Shown: piece after piece, positions 10,910 to 22,766 of the stretch | Layout: every line of letters begins with the position of its first letter | Position numbering within the stretch: the stretch's first letter is position 1 | NCBI GenBank assembly: GCA_002633005.1 | Contig: NMRA01000440.1 | Location: forward strand, 333,504-383,112 | From: Phoronis australis | Taxonomy: Eukaryota; Animalia; Phoronida | Reading direction: 5' to 3' | Length of the DNA stretch: 49,609 nucleotides | Program-made: the position numbers and the translations under genes | The notes under the pieces: generated by a model | Seen by the model: only the letters and a program-made list of their open reading frames with translations | Told to the model about the DNA's origin: nothing | The model's database searches: none

Positions 10910-13816
10910 CTAAAAATACAAAGAGAATTACACCAATGAGGTCACATAACTACAAGCAGATGACCATAAATCTTGACAAAATGTTCAAGCTATACAGCGG
11001 GTCACCCACCCAGATCTCGTGAACAGTGTTAAGAAAGGCACTGCACTGCAGAATTGTGCAGTTCCGAACTTAGTCTAGTAAGCAGTCGTGCAAGCCAACA
11101 TAAGAAGTGCTAACTCACACTCGAAGTATGCAAGCCTCAATGTAGCTCTACTGAATAAGCAAGCACATCTACCACAAGTCATTTTGTCGACTATTTAATG
11201 TTTTCATGTCCAATAAACTTAGGTAAACAATGAAGATACTGAAAAGTGAAACTTGGTCCTAAATTACCAGTAGATTAATAAACTAAATTTTTAAAAGACC
11301 ATTTTGCTTACGCAGTTGTGTGATCTCATCGATGCTGTGAAAATAAATAAAAGTTAGCCATTGACTCAGCCGAATGTGCGTCACTGGCAGAGAGGTTGTG
11401 AGAGTGAGAACATTTTGGATAAATATACACAGTAAGTAAATGAAACAACTTTCTTATGTGATAATTAAAAAAGATGAAGACTGAACAGTTCAACAGTGTT
11501 CTAGTCAACAGCTGACACAGTGCTGCCATCTTGTGGCGCACAAGAACAAGTGGCAAATTTTCAATGCAAATTAGAAATTTGACAATCATACGTCACTCAG
11601 AGTTGAATAAAGACAATAACGTAGTATGAAATTTTAAAAAAATTAAACAATAAAATTTCACATTTTTGACATTAAAGTGAAATGGATGAGAGTGGAAGTA
11701 CTGGCTTATCTATACAAAATTTTCTTAATAAAGTTTAAGAAAGCCCCTGTATCCGTTTTTGTTTTTCTTACGTATAAGTCTGCCTGTTTCTGTAAAGTCC
11801 ACATATCCATTTTCCTTCATGGGCCATTTCAAGCGGAACTGTCTAATGTATAAATATAAAAGCCAAAACCTCTCACTCACATCTTGCCGTTAGGTGGATA
11901 CAAAAAAAAATAATTTCGACTGTTTTTTACATTTTTATGTCATCCTAATCTTTAATTCTTGATGCACAGTATACTGAAGAAAAATAAAATCATTCTGAAA
12001 AATCCAAAGTTGTTTTTTTAGCTATATTTGACCAAGCCTTAGTAAGTCGTATGGCTTGAGTGCTCACCAGCTCAGTGATTGACAACTGGGACGGAGCTTA
12101 TATAAAAGGAAACTAGCTCTAATCTAACCCTGTCAACAAGCATTGCGTAACCGGGCAATCGAGAGTGCTGTACCAGCTGATATTGATGTAGCAAGACCAA
12201 GAATACAATAATTCTATTTTTGACCATGTGAAAGTTCGTAGTGAAATGGTGAACTAGCTCCTGTTCCGAGCCTGAGCCTGTTTGTGTATCTGCAAAGTAC
12301 GCCAAGCCCTACCGAAGCCATCACTGCACTCAGCTTGAGGAGTCAGTGCAGAAATTGTGCATGTATAAGAGAAGTCGGTAATATGAGGTAAGGTGTCTTG
12401 CGAGAGGATGCTGAGCATCGACGTGGGTGGTGTTGCCCGATTCGGTGAGAGTGCATGCACGCGCTGTGAAGACAAGCCGCGCGCGCGACACATTGACAAC
12501 TACATGCCGTCAGAGTAGTCTTCGCAGATAAACCGTGCTTCTGAACTGGGAACACACCGTGGAGAAACTAGGCTGTCAAACCCAGAGGATTTTTTTACTT
12601 GCCACTGGCCGTAACCCAAAGAAATGACCCAGTGTTCAACATAACAAAATTTTTCAAGTGCATAGATTCAAACGTAACCCTGAATTAAAACTCATGATAT
12701 TATACGATTCTAGAGGAAAGCAATATAAGAAAGTTTAGTAACTTGAGAATCTCACCCAAGCGAACCTATTTGCGCAGAAAGAGATATTTTCTTACCCCAA
12801 AGTCCATTCGGTACAGGCACGTAAAAATGTTGAACCATTACTATGAAAGTTGTTCTTTATCCTCGTCGCCAATAGACAGTAACGCGGCGATTTGATATAA
12901 CACCTATATTGGTTGATGATAATATTGGAATACTAACAAACAGGTCTGTGTCATATAGAGTGTCTTTTACTAAACTGAGTGGAGAGTTCAGATGAATCGT
13001 ATAAACAATCAACACATGGTTTTAATGTGTGGTCGGCACACCAGTACAGCAGACAATAGATCAACGCTAAGCTCCGCCCACATGACAGCCATACTTGTTT
13101 TGGTCGTCTGTCGTGCGTCACAATTTCAAAAAAATGATTAAAATTACGCTGTAAACAAACAGGTATGTCACATTTTCTAAACATGAAGTAAGTATCAGCT
13201 TTATTTCTAGTACTTCAACAAAAATTGGAACATAATGACTGCGCATTCTGAACGAAATTTGATCTCAAATGGCAATCGATGGACCGCTCAAGTTCAAAGC
13301 CGTTTTTCTCGGCTCGTGATTTCAGGATAGTGACAAGATTCTCGGGCCTATTTTTCCACAACACGTGGGTCAATTTTTACGAAAGTTGCAAATTTGAAAT
13401 CCTCTAGGACTGAAGTAAAATCGCGTGCCGGGGTTTTTTGATAAATGGACCAGATTTTTAGTTATTAGACGGCAAGTGACCAAATGACAAAAAGTGGCGT
13501 GCTTGCCCCAACTCACACACAAAAAATGCCACAAAATCAAGATCATAATGATTTTGTACATATATTTGGTATGGATAAGTAGAATATTGCGTAAGGAGAC
13601 AGTTGATGATGATCCCTGTGCATTTTGAAAAAAAATCGAGGAAAAATTGGATTTTTTGAAAATTAAAAAATACAATTTTTTAAAAAATCAAACTACAAAA
13701 CAAACTTTTTTTATGATTTTTGTTACTTTCAGAGTCATGTCTAACTAGTTAAAACTCCCTTTTTATTCATTTTAGTTAGGAACCTGGAGATTTGATCAGT
13801 GTATACACCTACCTTA

Positions 13817-14410
13817 AGGCCAACCTGCCCTAGAAAACAAGATAACAGAAGCATGTTCAACAGAGTGAGCGCTCGCTAGCGTGTACTAGCGAACACAAGG
13901 AACAGCTCCTGAACAGCTGTTAGCGCTCACTGTGCGATCCAGTAAAGCGACTCTGAAGCAGATTGTGTTGAACGTCTTACCCGATGAGCTTAACACTAAA
14001 AGTCCTTCCTATGGCGTACTGAGCGATAAATATGATTAATATTTGCCAATAATTATTAATATCGGCAGCCCAAGACAACAACCGTGAAGGCTTTGGAACA
14101 AGAATGGAAAATTACGTCGAGGAAACTGTTCCTCGCTACAGCGACCCACAATTTAAGTCGCAGTTTCAGATGAGTCAGTCAATTTTTGAGGTTAGTTTTC
14201 GTGTTGCAGAATCATAATGGGTTCATATGTTGCAGACGTGAAGCCTTCTCAGGACGCCATCTTGGAAATCTAAGCGAACATGCTCTCGAGGTTGTTCGCG
14301 AGCGCTCGCGAGCGCTAACATGAACACAGCTGTTCAGGACGAGGGCGCTCAAATCGCTCGCGGGCGCTCACTCTATTGAACACGCTTCTGTTCTCATGTT
14401 AACGGTCCTT
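13817..14410 (+). mobile_element. Internally deleted PIF/Harbinger transposon
   Basis: Long imperfect inverted repeats (AACAGAAGCATGTTCAACAGAGTGAGCGC / GCGCTCACTCTATTGAACACGCTTCTGTT). Internal 14101-14190 translates as RMENYVEETVPRYSDPQFKSQFQMSQSIFE, like the Harbinger transposase N-terminal FxxxFRMSxxxF motif. Confidence 0.65.
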
Positions 14411-15039
14411 ACAACATGAATGTAGGATAAATGAACCGACCAGTATGTAAACCCATTCTAATTTTATCCATTGACTTCATTACAAACCCAGGGCTCACAC
14501 CAGAATGAATACAGTAAATATGATCATTCTGAGTCATTAACTGTCAGTGCCCCAGATAGGCAAGAAAAGCTTCAAAGCCAAACAAGGCTTGGAGGAGACA
14601 GAGTGATATATCCCATTTTTCTGTTAGAAGCACCCACTGAAGCTATGATCAGCAAAAGATGATAATGCATTGTTTATTGTTGATGGACAAGAATGGAGTG
14701 ACTTATACTTCAACAAGAAATCAATTGAGAAAAAAGTCACTGCCTAGAAATGGTATAAAAGTGAGGTTGGCATGTTCATTCAGATGTTGACATGGTGATT
14801 CATTCAACCTAAGATAAAGACTGCCTCACACTTACCGTACAGAACGTCAAAACCTCCAAGACAGAGGCATCTTATTATCCAAGTAACCATAATTTCTAAA
14901 GACTGCCAAAGCAAGTCCCACGACATAACAAAGAGAAATATCACAAGAATAAGTTTTGTTTTCTGGAATGCACACATTATAACATGCCCTACTTTCTTCA
15001 AAATAACATTTGAGTTTGTCTAATTTTCTTGTGCATTTA

Positions 15040-15372
15040 AACATTAGCTGCATTCAGCGCGATCATTAGCATCACCACTAATGCTTAAACATTGGCTGCA
15101 TTCAGCGCGATCATTAGCATCACCACTAATGCTTAAACATTGGCTGCATTCAGCGCCATCATTAGCATCCCCACTAATGCTTAAACATTGGCTGCATTCA
15201 GCGCCATCATTAGCATCACCACTAATGCTTAAACATTGGCTGCATTCAGCGCCATCATTAGCATCACCACTAATGCTTAAACATTGGCTGCATTCAGCGC
15301 CATCATAAGCATCACCACTAATGCTTAAACATTGGCTGCATTCAGCGCCATCATTAGCATCACCACTAATGT
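15040..15372. repeat. 48-bp minisatellite, ~7 copies
   Basis: Unit CTGCATTCAGCGCCATCATTAGCATCACCACTAATGCTTAAACATTGG. Confidence 0.95.
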
Positions 15373-16160
15373 GTGGTAAAATCCTGAGTGAGCGCACATT
15401 TTCAAGAATTTCTGGAACAGGCACGAAGCTAGCAGCAGGAAGAGGTTTTTTTGAAGACTTCCAACTACTTCTAAACACAAAAAATCTCTCTGTGGTCTTA
15501 GTTGCAACTACTAGTTATCAACTCCTGGGATTATAAAACTAGAAAAATGCAGAGATTCTGGAATCATTAATTTAAATACCACAACAGATATTGCCATTGG
15601 AAGAGTTCTCCTCTACACTATGTGGCTGTATATTCACTATCAGACCACTGCAACACATGAGCAACTGGAAAGGAGGTATCCAAGAAAATATCAACTGATA
15701 ACAAAAAGCATTCATGCAAATAACAACTTTGAACAACACCCTATCAGTATACAGTTTCCTTTACCCCAAAAATATCAAAAGTACCAGCATATGAGACGAT
15801 GCTGGAGAAGGCAAAATGAAGCATCCAAGTTGAGGGAACATAACTATCCAGCCTTTCTACAGGATAGCCCTTGAAAACTTATGTTAAGAATATACAATAC
15901 ACACATCGATTTCCAACAAATCTTTGTACTGCCACTCTGGTGCATGTTCAAGAAAATTTAAACATTCAATAAGGTTACAACAGTCATGGATTATATCAAC
16001 GATCTCTTATCCATAGGATTGCATTATTTACAGTGTTGATTCCTGCTTCAGTAAGTAACTTACTTGATATCCAATAGAGCGTCGGCCGAAGCATCAGTTG
16101 CTGTAGGACAAAAAGCCTATACTCGAACATAAAACAGAATTTTGAATGAAAGCAACCAAC

Positions 16161-16410
16161 CTCAAGTCTTTGCACTGAGGTGACATTCTCACTCGTGAAC
16201 TGAACTGCGTATGTAATCTGCCTCATGAATGTAGTTTTCAACGCCAGAAAGTACAACGCCAATGGGAAAATGATTTCCGACCGTATGGACCGTCCAATCA
16301 GTGAAAGCACCAAGACAACGACAGCAGTCATTGCACTCTTTCCAAAGAAATACGACAGCATATTGAAGGCAACCAATGTCCTATGTTTCACCAAATGGTG
16401 AACTTCACGT
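16161..16410 (-). CDS. ABCC4-like: V3: ABCC4-like TM5-TM6 alternative exon (250 nt)
   Basis: tttttacag|A CGT GAA...CTT GAG|gttggt; REVHHLVKHRTLVAFNMLSYFFGKSAMTAVVVLVLSLIGRSIRSEIIFPLALYFLALKTTFMRQITYAVQFTSENVTSVQRLE. Confidence 0.88.
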
Positions 16411-16469
16411 CTGTAAAAACCGAGAGCATAATAGTACCATAAGAGCAGATCCTCCATCAGCTAAAAACA

Positions 16470-16703
16470 GATTTGTGTCAGTAGCATTACATAGTGTTGC
16501 TTGGGAACAATTTGTGTCAGTAGCATTACATAGTTGTGCTTGGGAACAATTTGTGTCAGTAGCATTACATAGTGTTGATTGGGAACAATTTGTGTCAGTA
16601 GCATTACATAGTGTTGATTGGGAACAATTTGTGTCAGTAGCATTACATAGTGTTGATTGGGAACAATTTGTGTCAGTAGCATTACATAGTGTTGATTGGG
16701 AAT
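16470..16703. repeat. 39-bp minisatellite, 6 copies, ~60 nt upstream of the V3 acceptor
   Basis: Unit TTTGTGTCAGTAGCATTACATAGTGTTGATTGGGAACAA. Confidence 0.95.
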
Positions 16704-17329
16704 GATCTAGCCAGTCTGCAGCTGGGCTCAGAATGAGCACTGTCCAAAACTAATTCACTTTCTGTTAGAGATCTCAAATTGGCACACAATTTTTGTTGGT
16801 TCAAAGTAGTAAAGACCCTTAGCAGACTTTGAAGATGGATTGGTAACTTGCAATTATTGTTATGACTGTAACTTTATAAGTTGTGGTGATAGTGGATTTA
16901 TAAGAGGTGATGATTGTGGCTTTATAAGTTGTGATGACTGTGGCTTTTTAAGTTGTGATGATTGTAACTATATTAGTGCAGTGTAACGTCCATTAGACAA
17001 CACACGACAATATTCTAAAAGTCAAAATTGTGACAAGGCCCCAATATGGATAGTTCACTTGCAACTTAAGTTTAGAAATACACAATGAACGGGCTACCAC
17101 TCTGTTATTTGTGTGAGTGAAGAGCAGAAAATAGTATGGGCATTAATAATGGCACACAGGACAAATAATGGAGTGGGAGGGGTGAATTTACATGTACCCA
17201 ACACCCAAAAAGAAATAGAAATTCAACATTTTACTGCAAACAGACATACCTAAAAGCAATGTTTAACAGAACCTATTCAATATCAAGAATATCCCATGTT
17301 TGCCAAATACAAGATGTGGAAAATGTAAC

Positions 17330-17720
17330 TACATGAGTGAGGACAGGATCCTTGTCAGCAAGCCAACAATACATGAGGAGTCATAGACAGAATCCTAATC
17401 AACAGGCCAACTATACATGAGACGTCTTAGACAGAATCCAAGTCTACAGGCCAATCATACACAAGAAGTCATATTCAGGATTCTAGTCAACAGGGCAACG
17501 ATACATGAGATGTCAAATAGGAAGCTAGTCAACATGCCAACCATACGTGACAAGTCACAGAGGGGTTCCTAGCCAACAGGCCAACCATACGTGACAAGTC
17601 ACAGAGGGATTCCTAGCCAACAGGCCAACCATACGTGACAAGTCACAGAGGGGTTCCTAGCCAACAGGCCAACCATACATAGGATAAGACACAATCCTTG
17701 TCAACAGGCAAACCATACAG
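17330..17720. repeat. Degenerate ~42-bp minisatellite
   Basis: Unit like CCAACCATACGTGACAAGTCACAGAGGGGTTCCTAGCCAACAGG; the youngest copies are at ~17535-17680. Confidence 0.8.
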
Positions 17721-18189
17721 AGATGCTTACAAAGGGATCACCGAGTCCATGAACATCACGCAAAACTGTAGCAGTTACTATTATTTTGAACATTTGCATG
17801 AACAATTTTGTTTTTATAAGTGTTGCAAAAGTAACAGACTAGCATTAATTCTGAGCATTTATACACAGACATGTCTTAAATTATTCATCACATTAGATCA
17901 ACAGCCCTTCATTGTATTTCAGCTACAAGTATATAGTCATTTTGACACCTAGTTTAATCATATCATGCAGTGGAGAAAACTTGATGTCATGTGAGTGACT
18001 ATAACACTCATTTATAGATATTGCGGAACCTATATATGGCATTCACCAGCCTAGACACAACAGATATCATTTGCTGTAGTTCCTGGCTATGCGTCTATGT
18101 AATTCTCCAGTCTACACATAACACATATCATGTCTTGTGCTTCCTGGCTTTGCTGAAGCTGGTCATTATGTGTTTGTTTATGCAATAAA

Positions 18190-18420
18190 TGTGACTTGTA
18201 CACTCTGATAACACCCTGTACACAGTCACATGGTAGTGACATGTACAGTCTGATGACACCCTGTATACAGTCACATAGTAGTGACATGTAGTCTGATAAC
18301 ACCCTGTGCACAGTCACATGGTAGTGACATGTAGTATGGTGACTCCCTGTACACAGTCACATAGTAGTGACATGTAGTCTGATGACACCCTGTACACAGT
18401 CCCATGGCAGTGACATGTGA
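18190..18420. repeat. ~42-bp minisatellite just downstream of the V4 donor
   Basis: Unit like GTGACATGTAGTCTGATGACACCCTGTACACAGTCACATGGTA; not present beside the twin exon V7. Confidence 0.85.
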
Positions 18421-18486
18421 TACCAAGGTAAACAGGCTTGAGGTTTGTGTAAATAGAACAAGAGATTTAAATATGATGCAACAAAC

Positions 18487-18736
18487 CTGTAACCGCTGGA
18501 TAGTCACAAGCATTGCATTTAAGAATAGCATGCAGAGACCAAATTTATCAGAAATGCCCTCCTCTATAATGTGGTAGCAATAAGATGAGACAGCGAACAC
18601 ACCACTAGTAAAGGCCATCTCCACAGTCACCATGGCACAAATGGTGGGAAACCATAGAAAATGACGAGAAAGGACGGTCAGCCAAAACACGTAACCCGAG
18701 AACAAACCAGTCCACAGCATCAAGGCCATCTCTGAC
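18487..18736 (-). CDS. ABCC4-like: V4: ABCC4-like TM5-TM6 alternative exon (250 nt)
   Basis: ttgttgtag|G TCA GAG...TTA CAG|gtttgt; SEMALMLWTGLFSGYVFWLTVLSRHFLWFPTICAMVTVEMAFTSGVFAVSSYCYHIIEEGISDKFGLCMLFLNAMLVTIQRLQ. Confidence 0.8.
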
Positions 18737-20397
18737 CTACAACAAAACAGTCCACAGCATCAAGGCCATCTCTGACCTACAACAAAACAGTCCACAGCAT
18801 CAAGGCCATCTCTGACCTACAAAAACAATTACCGAAGTTGTAATGTGCTTCAAGTTTCAGCCATGTCTACAAGGTTAACCAAAAACCACATCTCAAAACA
18901 AGCATTAGTTAAGAGAAAAAGAACAGATGTTACCAGACACTAAATGATACTCCATACAAAAAAACAGAGGGAGATACTATGTGCGAATACAACAAAAGTA
19001 CAGCAAAAAGTCAAGCACCAAACGCATTGCTGGTAGCCAGAACACACTGATGTACACGTTTGCTGGCCCTTGCAGTCGTACCAATTTGGCAACCAGAAGG
19101 TTTTGAAGAAATATGTTCCATTTTAACTGCTGTCACTGTTGTTGGAATACAAATGGTTCAGATGATGTCATATCCATGAGATCTTCACATAATTTGCACT
19201 CTCAAATTACAATATAGGCAATTTAATAACGCCAAGAGAAATTTACTGAACCACTTGAATTGCTAACGAACAGTTCTAGGGATGTCATCTTTGCGCGAAA
19301 AGCATTCCCACAACACACCATTGTGTCAACTTTCAGAAAAGTTGTCAACTTAATTCGCGAAAAATCAACAGAAAAGGAATTACCAAAACTGAAATGGCCA
19401 ACAGTATCCAAAAAACCAACTGGAGTCAGCGCATTCCCAGCACACACCTTTGTATCAATTTTCAACAAAATTCATCACGTCATATCGTCAAAAAATTAGA
19501 CAAAAGATTTATTGAAAACTGAAAACAGCCAACAAGAGATGCCACAGAAGTCAAACATGTCTCAAACTAGATAAGAATCAGAGTTTTATTATGATCCTCG
19601 GAGCAAAGGTAATGAAGGACAACAAATGAATGAGAGTCAAATACAGAAGCTACAGAGAAAGACGACAAATTAACTCATTTACGACCTTTTAGGGATGAAA
19701 ACAAACACATGACCATATGAACAAACACATGATCATATGAACAAACAATATTGTTACACTGTATTCTGGTTCTTATCCTGAACAAATATATCTTACTACT
19801 GCCAAATCATAGGTTAATTTGAGAAAGTTTGATAAAATGTAGGAGTGGAAAAGAGAAGACCATTTCCCTGTATGGAAGCACAAGAAACAAGAATGGTCCA
19901 AAATTCGGGAAAAGACCGTCGAATCGCAAAATGCCAAAGACTAACACTATGGAACTTCGTAAGCATATATTTTTGAAAGTACTATTCTCTCCACAGACAC
20001 ACAACAGACAGTGGTTATGAACCCACCTTTCATCAAAACATAGCCAGCATTTGATTTAGACAGCTACATGTTATGAAATTGGTCTCAAATTATTCGTTGG
20101 CAAACACAGAAATGGTTTGTGGGGTTGGAAAGAACTCAAGTTTGTTATTGCTCGAGACTTGGCTCCACAAGTTGGCTTGTCACGGTGTGTTATTTAGTTC
20201 ACTCAGCATGGTCTACGGGAATAACAAACTTTCAGCTCCTTGCAAGACCAAAACTTCGAATTAAAAGTTAATTTTGTCATCGAAATGGAGGTTTAAAGGC
20301 ACTTTAAGTAACAGAATCCACATAAAAATTGTTACTGCATCTGCCACCAAGATATTGAGGCTAACCATGTATGGTAATCCACTCCTATACAACAAAC

Positions 20398-20647
20398 CTG
20401 CAAGCGGGCAAACGTCAAGGAAGACTCGTTGTACAACTGTATGGCGTTAGTTATGTGAGGAGACACGCTCTTCCTAACGAAATGAATCAACGCGGACAGT
20501 GGAAATATGATGACAGGAAGCAGTGACCCTCCAGAGAGGATAAAAATCGACACAATTGGTAACGTAACCAGACCTTGACTGGTGAAGTATAAAAGCTTGT
20601 TGACAGCCACAAGGTCTGCGCGATGACCAACGTAAATAATCTCCTTC
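20398..20647 (-). CDS. ABCC4-like: V5: ABCC4-like TM5-TM6 alternative exon (250 nt)
   Basis: tttttttcag|G AAG GAG...TTG CAG|gtttgt; KEIIYVGHRADLVAVNKLLYFTSQGLVTLPIVSIFILSGGSLLPVIIFPLSALIHFVRKSVSPHITNAIQLYNESSLTFARLQ. Confidence 0.88.
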
Positions 20648-20909
20648 CTGAAAAAAATTGGTATTTAACAGCTGCGGTCTGTTCAGACATAAAGTAATGG
20701 ACTCTATGGGCACCACAAGCGACTAGACTAAATAATGCAAGGGAAACACAGATATGTTAAGATCTACGCACAAGACAAACTGAGCTTCTCACCATGTGGA
20801 GCCATCATTTACAATTTTTGGCAACCTCGTTCAGATTGTGAGCCACCATGAAATGATTGATCACCACACCTACGTAATTTTGAGCCCCAAGACAACAGTG
20901 TCGTCAATA

Positions 20910-21530
20910 TTTTGCAAGTACTTTCTTTCGTTCAATCCATCATCTTTTTGATCACATCATGTGCCCTAATGAATATAAGTCTGAAAAGATTTCTGCCCCG
21001 AACTGGGACTCAAACCCAGGACCTTCTGCTAACTGTGCAGACGCTCTAGCCACTGAGCCATCCGGATCACTGGTCAAACACAGAATTCCAATCAGACTTA
21101 GTAGCGGGCATCTTACCCATGATCTCCATAGTGTGTAAAAATATCATCTTTTTCAGTGAGGCGTGGAATATGTTGCAAGTAGTTTATCCCGTTCAATCCG
21201 CCATCTTTTTGATCATATCACGTGACCTAATGAATATGAGTCCGAAAAGATTTCTGCCTGCGACTAGGACTCGAACCCAGGACCTTATGTTAACCGTGCA
21301 GATATTCCGATTGGAATTCTGTGTTTGACCAGTGATCCCAATGGCTCAGTGGCTAGAGCATCTGCACGGTTAGCAGTAGGTCCTGGGTTCGAGTCCCGGT
21401 CGGGGTAGAAATCTTTTCGGATATATATATATATTCATTAGGTCACGTGATATGATCAAAAAGATGACAGATTGAATGGGATAAACTACTTGCAACGTAT
21501 TCCACACCTCAATGAAAAAGATGATATTTA
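20910..21530. mobile_element. Cluster of three tRNA-derived SINE-like copies (family S1): two on minus, one on plus
   Basis: The plus copy has A box TGGCTCAGTGG (~21342) and B box GGTTCGAGTCC (~21386). Reverse-complement copies lie at ~20914-21095 and ~21138-21303. Confidence 0.75.
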
Positions 21531-21970
21531 TATAGTGTCCTCTATAATCAAATGTTTCAATGTTTAATTAAAAAGATGATATTTATACAGTGTCCTCTAT
21601 AATCAAATGTTTCAATGTCTAATTAAAAAGATGATATTTATACAGTGTCCTCTATAATCAAATGTTTCAATGATATTGATACAGTGTCCTCTATAATCAA
21701 ATGTTTCAATGTTTAATTAAAAAGATGATATTTATACAGTGTCCTCTATAATCAAATGTTTCAATGATATTTATACAGTGTCCTCTATAATCAAATGTTT
21801 CAATGTTTAATTAAAAAGATGATATTTATACAGTGTCCTCTATAATCAAATGTTTCAATGTTTCATTAAAAAGATGATATTTATACAGTGTCCTCTATAA
21901 TCAAATGTTTCAATGTTTCATTAAAAAGATGATATTTATACAGTGTCCTCTATAATCAAATGTTTATTAA
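21517..21970. repeat. 55-bp minisatellite with shorter variant units, growing out of the SINE end
   Basis: Unit AAAAGATGATATTTATACAGTGTCCTCTATAATCAAATGTTTCAATGTTTAATTA. Confidence 0.9.
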
Positions 21971-21999
21971 AATAGCTGTAATGAAATAAGCAAAGTTAT

Positions 22000-22479
22000 G
22001 GAACTTTCATACTAACGTTTACGCATCGACATTTTGCTAAGTTGCGGTCAGTATGAATGGTTATCTTCATAGTAAATTGGTTAATTTAACAGTGGAGCAT
22101 TGACACTACGGTGCGGTATGTCTCATCTAAGTAATTGCCATGGACCACTGCCATCATAACAATTACATGGCAGTGTTGTCACTAACATTTACAAAATGTT
22201 GAGTTCAAATGAACATCAAGTCAGAAATAAATGATAATTTTGACACGTTCTTGTTCTCAAATTGTCACATTAAACAAATTTTAGCAAGCACAGGATGAAA
22301 GATCCAACATTTCTAAGCTTACCTCCAACGTCATATTTACATCAGCCTCACTTCGCAATTACTTAGATGACGACAGCTTCACATACTTCAATGCTGATAA
22401 CTAACAAAGGTGGCACGGGTGGTTAGCAGTTTACATCGAGATCCCGCTCATACCGGAGTTCAGTTAGTATGAAAAGGCC
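22000..22479 (+). mobile_element. MITE, Harbinger-like ends (family H2)
   Basis: Terminal inverted repeat ...TTTCATACTAAC / GTTAGTATGAAAAGGCC. A diverged copy lies at 35427-35898. Confidence 0.55.
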
Positions 22480-22766
22480 TTTCGACAATTCAGACATACT
22501 TAGGACGCAAGATATTATGGTTAGTTTTGAATGACCATTTCAAATGAAAAATTGTCAAAATCACTTACTAATTTTTTGTCCGACTTTAATTTCTACTGTA
22601 TTTTCATCACTTCTTCTGACTATTTCCTAGCGAAATGTTGACAGAATTATTTTCACTGAAAGTTCTACTTGTGACAGAACGCGAATTTCTAGCCGTGTTA
22701 ACTTGCATAGAACGCAGGATGCATGAAGACCTATTGTTTCAGTACTAGCATGAACTGGTCAACATA

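Noticed and set aside
11040-13817. Possible TTAA-targeting (Kolobok/piggyBac-like) transposon ending ...CACCTACC|TTAA
   Set aside because: Could not identify the matching other terminus or any transposase remnant, so it is left unannotated.
14804-15053. Hydrophobic short ORFs next to a perfect GTAAGT donor
   Set aside because: No V-exon motifs and no matching acceptor at the expected distance.
15040-16703. CRISPR-like look of the 48-bp and 39-bp arrays and their repetitive ORFs
   Set aside because: Head-to-tail units with no unique spacers, no cas genes and a eukaryotic context; these are plain minisatellites.
21338-21410. Possible tRNA gene
   Set aside because: It has A and B boxes but a poor acceptor stem, an atypical anticodon loop, and shared non-tRNA flanks in three diverged copies, so it is a SINE head.
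22323-22570. SEADVNMTLE|gtaagc resembling a V-exon end
   Set aside because: In-frame stop just upstream, and the donor-proximal part lies inside the H2 MITE.
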